From the NCBI GenBank assembly GCA_040752695.1, contig JBFMGO010000077.1, positions 1-30,749 of the forward strand: a stretch of DNA of 30,749 bases. Reading direction: 5' to 3'. This DNA comes from a bacterium (lineage in GTDB: Bacteria; SZUA-182; DTGQ01). The notes beneath the pieces were generated by a model. The model was given only the letters and a program-made list of their open reading frames with translations. It was not told where the DNA came from and searched no databases. This document shows positions 9,592 to 19,187 of this stretch, one piece after another. Position 1 is the stretch's first letter. Every line of letters starts with the position of its first letter. A program made the translations under genes and the position numbers.

Positions 9592-11715
9592 TTAGTTTGC
9601 CGTAGTTCCAGCCGGCTTTACCGTCACTGATGGGTGGTCTCTTTTATCTATCTTCTCGGTAAGGTTCTTGAGCCGCTCCTGGAACTGTTTCGTGAGTGAC
9701 CTTCCCTCACCCTCACTATTGACAATATGCGGGGTAATCAAGATAATCAGCTCAGTTTTATTGACCGTGTCTTTGGTACGCGAGAATAGATAGCCCAGAA
9801 TGGGGATATCCCCGAAGAACGGAATACCGGTTCGTGACTTGCTTTTTTGCTCCTTGATCAGACCACCGATGACCAGAGTTTCTCCATTGTGGACAACCAC
9901 CGAGGTTTCGGCCTTTCGAGTACTGAAAATGTATTTAGTATCGCTGGAACCCGGAGCCAGTTGGCTTACCTCCTGCTTTAACTTCAAAGAGACCATCCCC
10001 TTTTCGTTGATGTTGGGAGTAAAGTTCAACTTTATTCCGGCAGTTTTGTAATCATAAGTGATAGTGGTCCGCTGCGAGTTAGCGTCGTAAGACTCTCTGG
10101 CAACAGGATAATCCTGTGTAATTTCAATCGTCGCTTCCTGATTATCGGAAGCAAGAACGTGAGGACTGGAAAGAACATTCAGTTTATTTTCATCCGCTTT
10201 GGTATTGATAAGAGAGAGAAACCGGTCCTGCCTGTTGATCATATAGCTGATCCCATCCGGAAGTGCATCAAGATCGCTCGTGTTTCCAGAAAGCCTGTCT
10301 CCAATCTTCTGACCTATTCGATAGCTGGTTCCTCCGGAGGCCGGGCCGCCGGACAGCGTCCAGTCGAGGCCGAAATCTTTTATATCATCAATGCTGATTT
10401 CAGCTACCAGAACTTCGATCAGTGCCTGTTTCGGCTGTATATCCAATTTTTTGATGGTTTCCAGAACCGCCAGCCAGTTCCGGGGAGAGGTAGTGACAAC
10501 CAGACCGTTGATGTCTTCGGCTGCCACGATGGTCACATCACCCTGAACATCCCCTCCATCGGAGCCGCCAAAAGGAGGAAATCCGAAAGGAGAATTCGGC
10601 ACCGGCTGATTCGGCACCTTGGGAGCTCCAGCGGGTTGCTGAATGGGAGATCTCCAATCATCTTTTTTGGCAGTGCCTTTTTTATAAATGGAAGTGAGGG
10701 TAGTCGCTAACTTTTTAGCGTCTCCATTTTCGACATAATACACAAAAACCTTTTCTTTGGGCTGATAGAGGGGCTTATCAAGCTCCTGGACAAACTTCAA
10801 AAGCCTCTTCATGTTATTGGCCGTGTCGTTAATAATCATAAGATTCAGATCGTCGTGCTGAATGGGCCGGGGCGCCGACTTGGAAAGGAAAGGCTGCAAT
10901 ATCGCGATCATATCTTTTACCGGAATGTATTCCAGAGAAATAATCTGGGTAATGTACGTCTCTTCCTGAGGAAGATTATCGCCCCCTTTTCCGGCCATTA
11001 CTTCGATAGGATACTGCGACGCCTCTTTTGCGTAAATTACCTTAAAATATCGACCCGATGGGATCATGGTCAGTCCGTTGACTTCCAAAACGGATTGCAA
11101 AATGGGAAAAAGTTCACTGATAGGAACAGGCTTGGAGGTTTGCATGGAGATTTGCCCCTTGACTCCAGTTCCCATAATGTAATTCAAGCCAATGTATTCG
11201 CTCACCGTATTGATGATGTCATCAATAGCAGCGTTCTCAAAATTCAACGTCACATACTCTTCCCCAGAGGTATCCGCTCCGGAAGAGAGGATTTTCTGCT
11301 TGATTTCAGAAGGCATCATGGAAGGCGGTGTCTTTTGGCTCTGCGCCTTATCTTCGGGATTGTAGGGTGTAAACAGAGCGCGATCCTTTTCTTCCCCTTT
11401 CCCTTCCTCGTGCACCTGTCCTTCTTCTGCCTCCTTGTCCGATAATTCTTTCTGACCCCCATGTCCCCTGCGAAGATTACTCTTTTCCTCTTTCCCTTCC
11501 TCAGACTGACTCTGGCTCCTTCGCCTTCCTTCTTGTTCATCCTCTACCTTGTCTATTTTCGTTTTATAGGAACCCCTCCTGTCGGAGGTAAGAGCATCCT
11601 GTGAGGCCACAGAGTTATTCCCCCGGTTAGCAGCGCAGGAGCAAAGGAGCATTATCAAAGCAGCAGTTAGAAAGAACCCCTTCAATGGTTGCTGATGGAA
11701 AACATTATATCTCAT
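9592..11715 (-). CDS. gspD: Type II secretion secretin (predicted lipoprotein)
   Basis: N0 VTLNFENAAI, two Secretin_N-type repeats, LDIQPKQALIEVLVAE, GETLVIGGLI, GIPFFGDIPILGYLF, ELIILITPHIV; lipobox LCS-C27. Confidence 0.95.
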   Translation of the reverse strand: MRYNVFHQQPLKGFFLTAALIMLLCSCAANRGNNSVASQDALTSDRRGSYKTKIDKVEDEQEGRRRSQSQSEEGKEEKSNLRRGHGGQKELSDKEAEEGQVHEEGKGEEKDRALFTPYNPEDKAQSQKTPPSMMPSEIKQKILSSGADTSGEEYVTLNFENAAIDDIINTVSEYIGLNYIMGTGVKGQISMQTSKPVPISELFPILQSVLEVNGLTMIPSGRYFKVIYAKEASQYPIEVMAGKGGDNLPQEETYITQIISLEYIPVKDMIAILQPFLSKSAPRPIQHDDLNLMIINDTANNMKRLLKFVQELDKPLYQPKEKVFVYYVENGDAKKLATTLTSIYKKGTAKKDDWRSPIQQPAGAPKVPNQPVPNSPFGFPPFGGSDGGDVQGDVTIVAAEDINGLVVTTSPRNWLAVLETIKKLDIQPKQALIEVLVAEISIDDIKDFGLDWTLSGGPASGGTSYRIGQKIGDRLSGNTSDLDALPDGISYMINRQDRFLSLINTKADENKLNVLSSPHVLASDNQEATIEITQDYPVARESYDANSQRTTITYDYKTAGIKLNFTPNINEKGMVSLKLKQEVSQLAPGSSDTKYIFSTRKAETSVVVHNGETLVIGGLIKEQKSKSRTGIPFFGDIPILGYLFSRTKDTVNKTELIILITPHIVNSEGEGRSLTKQFQERLKNLTEKIDKRDHPSVTVKPAGTTAN

Positions 11716-11785
11716 ATATTGACCTCCGGATACTTAAACAGTAGATTCTGTAATCTTCATCATAATCATGCACTATATTTCTTTA

Positions 11786-12811
11786 TCAAGATGGCCCGCC
11801 ACCCTGCCGAAAGGGATTCAAAAACGGGGCGCCCTGTCTTCCGCGAGGAGGAGCTTGAAAAGCGCCGGGAGGCGGTGCATAGATAGGTCGCTGTATTGGA
11901 AACCGATATGGTGCTCCTGGGGGAACTCCCGGTGATCCAGGAGGTGTTAAAGGCGGATAAAATCCCGGTTGCCCCGGCTGTCCTTGAGGAGGCTGAAACG
12001 CAGGGAACCCCGGAGGCGGCTGATAAGCCGGATAGCCTGGTGGAGGGTTCGGAACTGGATAGCCTGGGGGAGGAGTAAAGCGCGGGGGCGCCTGCGGTTC
12101 CGATTGCGGATTTCGCACTCTTGGACCTCCCTGCACGTTTTGCGGAGGTTCTGGTTCCTGACCTGGAATCTGGGCATTCGCTGGCGCAGAGGGCTCCCGA
12201 AGGAGGAGCTCGTATTCTTCTCCATTTTTACTCAAAACGACCCGATCTGGCAAAATATCGACTATTTGGGATTCGGAAACTTCATCTCCGATCCGATAGA
12301 CTCTGGTCTTATCATCCGTAACCCTGCCAGGGATCGGAGGAAGAGGAACATCGCGAACTTCTCCATTCCCCAGCCTCACCTTCCTGGACCGCTTTTGAGG
12401 CTCCTCCCGGATCGATCCTTTCATAATTGCGGATTTTTTATCTCTGATAATCACTATCCCATACAGCGTTGGCTTTTTCATACCAGGCTGATTGCGTTCC
12501 GCCGGATATTGAGGGATTTCCATCCGCGGCTGATCGGTTGCATCCGTCGGAGGAGGAGGAGGTAGCCACTCCGTTCTTTCAGGCCGGAACAAATCCTTGT
12601 CCGCAATGACATCATAGGTATATAAGGCAGGTTTGGAGTCATCCTCGTCCTGGGGAATTACTTCCTTCGCGGAAATATTCCTTTTGGAAACCGGCAGAGA
12701 TCCTTTCCATGTTCCATTTACAATCGGAAGCCAGATCTGGTAAGCATTAAAACTCAATAAAGATACGATGACAAAAAGTCCAAGATTTATCCAGAAAATA
12801 CGTTTAAACAA
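11786..12811 (-). CDS. gspC: GspC-like (XpsN/XcpP-position) inner-membrane protein with Pro-rich tail
   Basis: TTG start with SD AGGAG; single N-terminal TM; DLFRPER; HR-domain-like LYGIVI...YRIGDEV...IVDILPDRVVL; lies just before gspD. Confidence 0.65.
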   Translation of the reverse strand: MFKRIFWINLGLFVIVSLLSFNAYQIWLPIVNGTWKGSLPVSKRNISAKEVIPQDEDDSKPALYTYDVIADKDLFRPERTEWLPPPPPTDATDQPRMEIPQYPAERNQPGMKKPTLYGIVIIRDKKSAIMKGSIREEPQKRSRKVRLGNGEVRDVPLPPIPGRVTDDKTRVYRIGDEVSESQIVDILPDRVVLSKNGEEYELLLREPSAPANAQIPGQEPEPPQNVQGGPRVRNPQSEPQAPPRFTPPPGYPVPNPPPGYPAYQPPPGFPAFQPPQGQPGQPGFYPPLTPPGSPGVPPGAPYRFPIQRPIYAPPPGAFQAPPRGRQGAPFLNPFRQGGGPS

Positions 12812-12855
12812 GAGGTTCTCCTGTATCGATATCTCTTTGACGGTCGCTCATGGTT

Positions 12856-13437
12856 TTAGGTGGTACCTTTACCAGTGCTGCCCTTGCTGTTTAAGATAAA
12901 GCCGGAAACATCAATTCTCGCTTCAACGTCTTTAGGGTCGCGTATCCTATAGACTCTGATATTGAGGTCAGAAATACTCAAAAACTTGGGGTATGATTCA
13001 ATCTGGAAAAGCAACTCCTTGAGTTTGGTAATGGTGCACTGCGTAGTGATCTGAACAGGCACTTCCAGGAGGATACCCCTCTCTTTTGGGTTGATGATTC
13101 TCTGGCTGTTAATCGTAAGCTCGTGTTCGGATGCCATATCATTCAGTATCGTCTGCAATTCCGCGGCAGCCACGGCTGGCGTATCTCCGGACAAGAGCCG
13201 CTCATCAAACGCAGCCCGCTTGCTCTTTAGGTACTCCAGGCGGGCTTGAATACTCCCCTTTTTTTCAGCGATCGAGGAATAACTTTCGATCCTACGCTTT
13301 TTTTCTTCAATCTCTTCTTTCGTTTTCGTATTTCTGACTATAATCGGATAGACAATGCCGAAAGCGAAAAGTAAAAATCCGACAATGCTGCCAATGAGCA
13401 GGACCGGCTCTTTATTTTTTTCACTAATCCTTTTCAC
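12856..13437 (-). CDS. gspM: T2SS protein M (GspM/PilO-like)
   Basis: N-terminal TM, coiled coil, LLSGDTPAVAAAELQ, LKELLFQIES..KFLSISDLNI; GTGA overlap with gspL. Confidence 0.8.
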   Translation of the reverse strand: MKRISEKNKEPVLLIGSIVGFLLFAFGIVYPIIVRNTKTKEEIEEKKRRIESYSSIAEKKGSIQARLEYLKSKRAAFDERLLSGDTPAVAAAELQTILNDMASEHELTINSQRIINPKERGILLEVPVQITTQCTITKLKELLFQIESYPKFLSISDLNIRVYRIRDPKDVEARIDVSGFILNSKGSTGKGTT

Positions 13438-15314
13438 GGCTTCTCCTCCCCCTGCTCGGCATTCTCGCCGGTTTCTTTCTCCTTCTCAGGGGCTTTCTCT
13501 TTACTGCCCGCTTTCTCTTTTCCCGAAGGAACTAAAGAATCCGCAGCATCCTTTCCCCTTTCGACATTCGCTTTAATCTTGAAGCGCTCCTTGCCCGGAC
13601 CCATCTTAGTGATACTGGAGGCAAATTGAACATTTTCAAGCAGAGGGGAAATCTCCAGCATGGGGATTAAATTTGATGGAGATTCAGAATAGCCGCCAAT
13701 TTCCAATTTTTCATTTGAAACATCCATATTATCCAGCCAGGTATCTGCCGGAAGAGTGGTAGTCAGCTCCTTTAAAATTTCCATTTTACTGACCTCTGTA
13801 CCAACAACCTTATCAATATTGGAGAGTTCCTTATCGATTTTCTCGATATCCAGGGAGATGTTCTTTACCTCGGTAACATCGGGCTGCAGGGATTTAAGCC
13901 GCCGCGTCATCTCAGAAGATATCAGACTGCTCTGGTAGCTTAAGCCAATAACCCAGGCCAGGCTCATGACTACGATCAAGACCATAAAAACGACCGTAGC
14001 CACAAAGTGATTTCTCTTTCTTTTGATTTTCTTTCCAGAGGCCAGGAAATTCAACATGAGCGGCTGATCTTCCAGCCCACGCAGAGCCAGCCCCGTAGCC
14101 GCCGATAAACTGGAAGTAATCTTGCCCGGGATACTCCTAGTCGTGATATTTTTGAGCGGATTCAGTATCCTGGGCTGAACACCTGCCCGGGCATGAATGT
14201 ATTCGGGTAAAAGGCCGCTGTACGCATCAGTCCCGGTAAGGATAATGTTATCGAGCACCCTTTGATCCTGGAAATCGGAGAAGACGTGCATGGCTATTTC
14301 CAGTTCCCGGATAATGTCCTGCCCCAGAGCGGATACACTCTCATCAACGGGCTGGAAAAGGGTTGACGATTCTGGCTGATGCGCCCCGGGTACGTCACCG
14401 GATAGGTCATTTCCCTTAAAATTCTCCTCATCCTGATTCTGCCCCTCTTCCACTATGGGAAATGGAGCAGTGATGGAGGATGGAGTCATTGTAGAGGATT
14501 GAGGCGTAGTTGAGGGTTGAGGCACAGTAGAGGGTTGAGGCATGGTAGATGGTTGAGTCACGGTGGAGGACTGATACACCGATGCTTCGTCCCTGGTCCA
14601 TGCCTGGCCTGACTCTTCGCCCGTCTCACTGGTGAAGGACTCTTCCAGGTATGCATCTTCCAGGCGACTTTCAATCCGCCTGAAGCTCCTGGTTATCCTG
14701 ATTTCCTTTCCGGCCAGAAGGCCCAGATCCACCCTGTTTTCCCCGATATCTACCAGTGCTGTGGTTGCATCTTCGCCCAGGTCATTCTGAGCAATCAGCC
14801 AGTTCACTCCGGCAACTGAAGTGATGTCTACCACCACCGGCTTTGCCTGCTCCAGGTCCAGCATGGTGAGTATCTTTTGCAAATCATCTTTTTTGACGAC
14901 ACCCAAAAGAACCCTCAACGAATTCTCTTCCCTGCTCAGGATCTGATAATCAAAGGCAACGTTCTGAACCGCAAAAGGAATGTGTCTCTCAACCTCATAC
15001 TCCAGCATCTCCTGCAACTGCTTTTCTTCAACCTTTGGCAAGAGAATCTCCTTGAGGATCACCTGTTCCTTTGGGAGCCCGACAACGATCTGGTCCGGCT
15101 TGACCCCCCGCTCCCGGACGTAATTGCGCAGATCAAGAGCCAAAGGATCGGGTTCACCTTCCACTGCCGCCTTACCCTGGGGGGAGGGCGCCGGCGGGTA
15201 CTTTTTGATGAAATAGTCGATAAGGACAATTCCCTTCAAAGTCCGCCCCAGGTGAACGATCCGAAGAATACGATCCCGAAAATCAATACCTAGGCTTTGT
15301 TGTAGATATAGCAA
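13434..15314 (-). CDS. gspL: T2SS protein L (PilM-like actin fold + TM + PilN-like domain)
   Basis: SLGID, EVERHIPF, ALVDIG, IILTG, ATGLALRG, one TM, ILKELTTTLPADTWL..LEIGGYS; TTG start. Confidence 0.85.
   Translation of the reverse strand: MLYLQQSLGIDFRDRILRIVHLGRTLKGIVLIDYFIKKYPPAPSPQGKAAVEGEPDPLALDLRNYVRERGVKPDQIVVGLPKEQVILKEILLPKVEEKQLQEMLEYEVERHIPFAVQNVAFDYQILSREENSLRVLLGVVKKDDLQKILTMLDLEQAKPVVVDITSVAGVNWLIAQNDLGEDATTALVDIGENRVDLGLLAGKEIRITRSFRRIESRLEDAYLEESFTSETGEESGQAWTRDEASVYQSSTVTQPSTMPQPSTVPQPSTTPQSSTMTPSSITAPFPIVEEGQNQDEENFKGNDLSGDVPGAHQPESSTLFQPVDESVSALGQDIIRELEIAMHVFSDFQDQRVLDNIILTGTDAYSGLLPEYIHARAGVQPRILNPLKNITTRSIPGKITSSLSAATGLALRGLEDQPLMLNFLASGKKIKRKRNHFVATVVFMVLIVVMSLAWVIGLSYQSSLISSEMTRRLKSLQPDVTEVKNISLDIEKIDKELSNIDKVVGTEVSKMEILKELTTTLPADTWLDNMDVSNEKLEIGGYSESPSNLIPMLEISPLLENVQFASSITKMGPGKERFKIKANVERGKDAADSLVPSGKEKAGSKEKAPEKEKETGENAEQGEEKP
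14469..14576 (-). repeat. Six 18-bp in-frame tandem repeats within gspL
   Basis: YQSSTV TQPSTM PQPSTV PQPSTT PQSSTM TPSSIT. Confidence 0.9.
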
Positions 15315-15438
15315 CGTAAAGCTCCATCTATAAGCTGTTTTCTGTTTCTTCGCCGGTTCTTCATTCTTCCGCTTGTTCTCATTCCTTCACAGCCGGGTGC
15401 CTGCTTCTTCGTTAATCCCTGTTTCTTTTCGCTTTTTC

Positions 15439-16536
15439 TCATTGTTTCTCTTCATCAGGCTGATCCAAAACATCTGTTTTAATTTCTTCATCGTACTTGG
15501 GAATATAATTATCATTCCAGGACAGGGGCTTCCAGTAATCCCGGTTCTGGACCAAAAAGGAAGCCATGACATGCCGCTGGACCGGAGAATTTTTTATAAT
15601 TCCAGTTGAGATAATTTGATAATAGCCGGCAGCAAACGCCTTATCATAAATACCGCCATTTAACTCCTTCTGACGTTCAACTTCTTCAGGGGATAGACTT
15701 CTGGGCCATCCGATGTCGTATGCATTCTTAATGACCTCTGGCCTGGCAGTATTGTAAAAAATATCAGCCTGAGGATTTCTGCCCTCATTATCAAGGTCAT
15801 TATTCACCTTATAATTCCTTTTAAAAGCGGACACTATCTCCTTTTTTCTGGCGGCCTCTTCTTCATTGTCGTCATCTTCAATGCGAAGTCCCCGAATCAG
15901 GCTCAGTTCCCCCTCGCTATCAAAGGGAGCATCCTTGCATTCATAACCCCTATCGTGAGATTTATACCAGTCATCCTCCGCTCCGATCCCGGGTGATCCG
16001 CCGGTTTGAGTTGATCCACCGATTACGTGATCATCATCTACCCAATCCATAATGGAACGGCTGATATTACTACTTTCCTCTGAAAAAGGGTCAATCTTGC
16101 AACTGCTCTCTAAAAACTTTTTAATCATTTCTACGCTTTTTGAATAATTCGCAGGATCAGCTAGCTTATTTAACGGTAACTTATTACCGGCATCTTTAAA
16201 TTTATAGTGGTATTTTCCACCGCCCAATTCATTGCTCCGGCAGGAAAATGGCATTCTGACCTCACCATCATCTCCCAGGCCAAAGACCTGCTCTTCGGAC
16301 TCAGGATAACTGTAGTGACCCTTTTCCTGACCGCAGATAGCCAGTTCATAGCGGCCGATCTCTATGCCGGCCCTGGCCAGATAATAGGCCTGGATTTCAT
16401 CACGAAAGGTTTTAGTCACTTCCACTTCCGTTCTCATGGAATGAGCAAACTCAAGAGCGATAAATCCAAGAAGAATCATAACCCATAACACCATCATCAA
16501 AGCGACACCTCTTTCACCTTTGTGCAACGGCGGCAT
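15439..16536 (-). CDS. gspK: T2SS minor pseudopilin K
   Basis: ERG|VALMMVLW (no E5, as usual for GspK), QAYYLARAGI, IMDWVDDD, GAED, ELSLIRG. Confidence 0.92.
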   Translation of the reverse strand: MPPLHKGERGVALMMVLWVMILLGFIALEFAHSMRTEVEVTKTFRDEIQAYYLARAGIEIGRYELAICGQEKGHYSYPESEEQVFGLGDDGEVRMPFSCRSNELGGGKYHYKFKDAGNKLPLNKLADPANYSKSVEMIKKFLESSCKIDPFSEESSNISRSIMDWVDDDHVIGGSTQTGGSPGIGAEDDWYKSHDRGYECKDAPFDSEGELSLIRGLRIEDDDNEEEAARKKEIVSAFKRNYKVNNDLDNEGRNPQADIFYNTARPEVIKNAYDIGWPRSLSPEEVERQKELNGGIYDKAFAAGYYQIISTGIIKNSPVQRHVMASFLVQNRDYWKPLSWNDNYIPKYDEEIKTDVLDQPDEEKQ

Positions 16537-17371
16537 TCTCCCTCCGCTCTACCAGAGGTAGTGGAATTTCAAAGCTCATGCTCATTTCCTGCCCTTCTCC
16601 ATCGTCCTTTCCTTCCGGCTTTCTGCGAATGGTCACTCGCAATTTTTCCGGCAATTCTTTCAGGTACTTCTCTCCGCTCTGAACATCCTCCAGAAGATTC
16701 CAGTCGTCATACCACTTCGGTTCGGCATCATTTCCATCTAACGTTATCGCTTCACCGTGGGGCTTTTTTACTCCATAATACTGAAATGTAATATCAACAA
16801 CATCCGGATAAGCTGAATACACATACGGCTTCGGATCCAGAGCGTCATCTTCGGCCTTATCTTCTTCTTTTTTGAATAGATACTGACCCAGCCAGAGGCT
16901 TTCTTCCATGACAAGACCCGGCTTATCCTCTTCCTGCCCCAGGTAGTATGATACCCGACGTAAGCTTCCTTCTTTCAACTGAGGGTTGATGCCGGAAGCT
17001 TTCGTAATAAATGTCACCTTTTTGGGTCCTCCCAAAAACACGACTGCCCAATTCAGGCGGTTCTGATCAAATTTTTTCTCTCCTGTGACATCAATCGTAT
17101 AGGTAGCCGGCTTCTTTATGCCGATGCAGGATTTGATATCCTGGATCAAGATATCAAAAGTACAACGTATTCTTTGAAGCTCTTCCATCCTTTTCTCTCC
17201 CGTCTCCCACGAGCGGATTCCCAGCCGAAACCCTCCCATGGTCACGGCCATGATCATACTCAGAATGGTCAGAGCGATCAGTACCTCAATAAGGGTAAAA
17301 CCCTTTTTCCAGTTCGCCTGCACAATGCTGTTCCACATCGAAGTGATGGTATATACCTTAAAAGAAATCAT
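16514..17371 (-). CDS. gspJ: T2SS minor pseudopilin J
   Basis: KKG|FTLIEVLIAL prepilin motif, RRVSYYL, LPEKLRVTI, operon position; true start could be the downstream Met12. Confidence 0.85.
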   Translation of the reverse strand: MISFKVYTITSMWNSIVQANWKKGFTLIEVLIALTILSMIMAVTMGGFRLGIRSWETGEKRMEELQRIRCTFDILIQDIKSCIGIKKPATYTIDVTGEKKFDQNRLNWAVVFLGGPKKVTFITKASGINPQLKEGSLRRVSYYLGQEEDKPGLVMEESLWLGQYLFKKEEDKAEDDALDPKPYVYSAYPDVVDITFQYYGVKKPHGEAITLDGNDAEPKWYDDWNLLEDVQSGEKYLKELPEKLRVTIRRKPEGKDDGEGQEMSMSFEIPLPLVERRENAAVAQR

Positions 17372-17380
17372 ACTCTTTTT

Positions 17381-17857
17381 TTATAAATCATTCTCTTTTT
17401 TATAAAACATCTTCACACTGACCAGTTCCACGCTTTTATCATTCTCTCCGCTTTTCCAGGAGACTCGAATCGTGATCTTGCGAAGCTGATATTTTTTCTC
17501 TAGCGAACCATTGTGCTTGGACCATTCTTCCTCAAGATCGGGAATTATATACTCCTCATCTCTTACCTGCCAGCGGTAACCTTCGAGAAAACTATTTTCT
17601 TCGCCGGTGCCGAACTCGCCCTGTTTCTCCATCGACTCCTCATAATCTTCCAGGTACACGTAGCCTAAGGCCTCATCCATCTTCATTCTCGCCCCCATCA
17701 CTGCCTTGCTGTAATCTGCCGATATCTTGGTCGAGCGCAGTGATCCGGAAAACAGGCGAAATAACGTGACCAAACCTACCGCCAGAATGGCTACCGCAAT
17801 CATTACTTCCAGTAATGTAAATCCTTGCGTCCTCCGGCATGCGGACTCTTTATTCAT
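17381..17857 (-). CDS. gspI: T2SS minor pseudopilin I
   Basis: QG|FTLLEVMIAVAI, GYRWQV, ITIRVSW, operon position. Confidence 0.85.
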   Translation of the reverse strand: MNKESACRRTQGFTLLEVMIAVAILAVGLVTLFRLFSGSLRSTKISADYSKAVMGARMKMDEALGYVYLEDYEESMEKQGEFGTGEENSFLEGYRWQVRDEEYIIPDLEEEWSKHNGSLEKKYQLRKITIRVSWKSGENDKSVELVSVKMFYKKENDL

Positions 17858-18458
17858 TTTCAGTTTTTCTCTTGACCGAAACCCTTCCCGTAATAGGATC
17901 TACCTCAATCTGAAAAGCCAGATTACGGTCTTTTAGAGCCAAAGTGACTTTTCCCCCGCTCGATTCACCCTTGGGATAGAAAAGAATCGCTCCTCTTTTA
18001 TCGGGCTCGTTCTGTAAGTCTTCCTCCTCACCCTCTTTATGAAAGGAGACGGTTACTTCCTCGGTCCTCAATTCTTTTTGTAAATCGACCTGGATTTGTA
18101 GCTCCTTAATATCTTCTTCACCCAAGGCATCTTTATTCGCTTCGGCAGCCTGCTCCTCCTCCGAAATATCCCCTCCATCGGACTCGGAATCCCCGCCTTT
18201 TTTCCTTGTCACGTTTACATACGTGTAGGAATGACCGTCAAACGTCACAGCGTATTCCTTTTTCCTGGAGATAGCTGTCTGTCTGGTATACCGCAAAACA
18301 GCGGCAAGCTTGCGGCTGGCGGATCGTAACCTCATCTTTTGCAGGGACTTGCCGATCTTCGGTACAGCCAGGGCCATCATGGAACCAATGATGACGATAA
18401 CGATCATCAGTTCGATGAGGGTGAAGCCTTTTTCCCTCAACAAATCATGATGCCTCAT
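17850..18458 (-). CDS. gspH: T2SS minor pseudopilin H
   Basis: KG|FTLIELMIV, LRYTRQTAI, ILFYPKGESSGG, EVDPITGRV; ATGA overlap with gspG. Confidence 0.88.
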   Translation of the reverse strand: MRHHDLLREKGFTLIELMIVIVIIGSMMALAVPKIGKSLQKMRLRSASRKLAAVLRYTRQTAISRKKEYAVTFDGHSYTYVNVTRKKGGDSESDGGDISEEEQAAEANKDALGEEDIKELQIQVDLQKELRTEEVTVSFHKEGEEEDLQNEPDKRGAILFYPKGESSGGKVTLALKDRNLAFQIEVDPITGRVSVKRKTENE

Positions 18459-18994
18459 TCTTCCCCTGGCCCATAAACCGGGCCTCTATGACCATCAGAA
18501 GCACTTGCCCCGGTACCCATGTTGGAAATGTCGTCATCGGTGTTCTCCTGGCCATCCGGCCCGGCTGAGGCGATTGTATATGAATCGGAGCCGTCGCATG
18601 TATAATAATAGTCATGTCCCCACGGATCCTTGGGCAGTTTTTTCACATAAGGACCATCCCAGGTACCTCCGCTTCCTTCCGGATTCGTTACGAGATCTTC
18701 CAGATTTGAAGGATAGCGCATGTTATCCAACCGGTAGGTGTCCAGGGCAGTTTCAAACAGGGCTATCTGACCCTGCGCGGCCTGGATCCTGGCTTTATCA
18801 ACTTTGCCGAACATTTTCGGCCCGACCAGAGCAGCCAAAAGGCCGATGATAATCATGACGATGAGCAATTCGATCAGGGTAAAACCTCTTCGATCGACAA
18901 TAATGTCGACAAGAAGATGCCGTCCGATTCCAGCCTGCGTGTTGGAGTGCCCTTCGTGTATTAATTTACCTAAAATTCCTCCATCATTTTTCAT
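18455..18994 (-). CDS. gspG: T2SS major pseudopilin G
   Basis: RRG|FTLIELLIV, ALDTYRLD, WDGPY, PKDPWG and Ca-binding-type SAGPDGQENTDDDI; 37-aa leader if the annotated start is right. Confidence 0.95.
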   Translation of the reverse strand: MKNDGGILGKLIHEGHSNTQAGIGRHLLVDIIVDRRGFTLIELLIVMIIIGLLAALVGPKMFGKVDKARIQAAQGQIALFETALDTYRLDNMRYPSNLEDLVTNPEGSGGTWDGPYVKKLPKDPWGHDYYYTCDGSDSYTIASAGPDGQENTDDDISNMGTGASASDGHRGPVYGPGEE

Positions 18995-19187
18995 GTTCTA
19001 CCCCCATAAATAATTTCTTTTGTTTCTCCTTGCAGGATATCCTTCCCATCCTCTATTGCCCGCAAGGGCACCCCTCTTTATTCTCAAAGAGGCATCCCTT
19101 TCCTTGAAGAACATCCCTGCACCCTTTTTAAAGGGGAGCGGAGAAATTTTTATTATGAACGGAAAATATGCATTTTTCAGGCCAAGC

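Noticed and set aside
15314..15572. TGA readthrough joining ORF 15387-15572 to gspL (same frame, one stop between)
   Set aside because: The upstream ORF is an off-frame overlap of gspK; gspL has its own TTG and GGAG, and its PilM-like fold starts at SLGID
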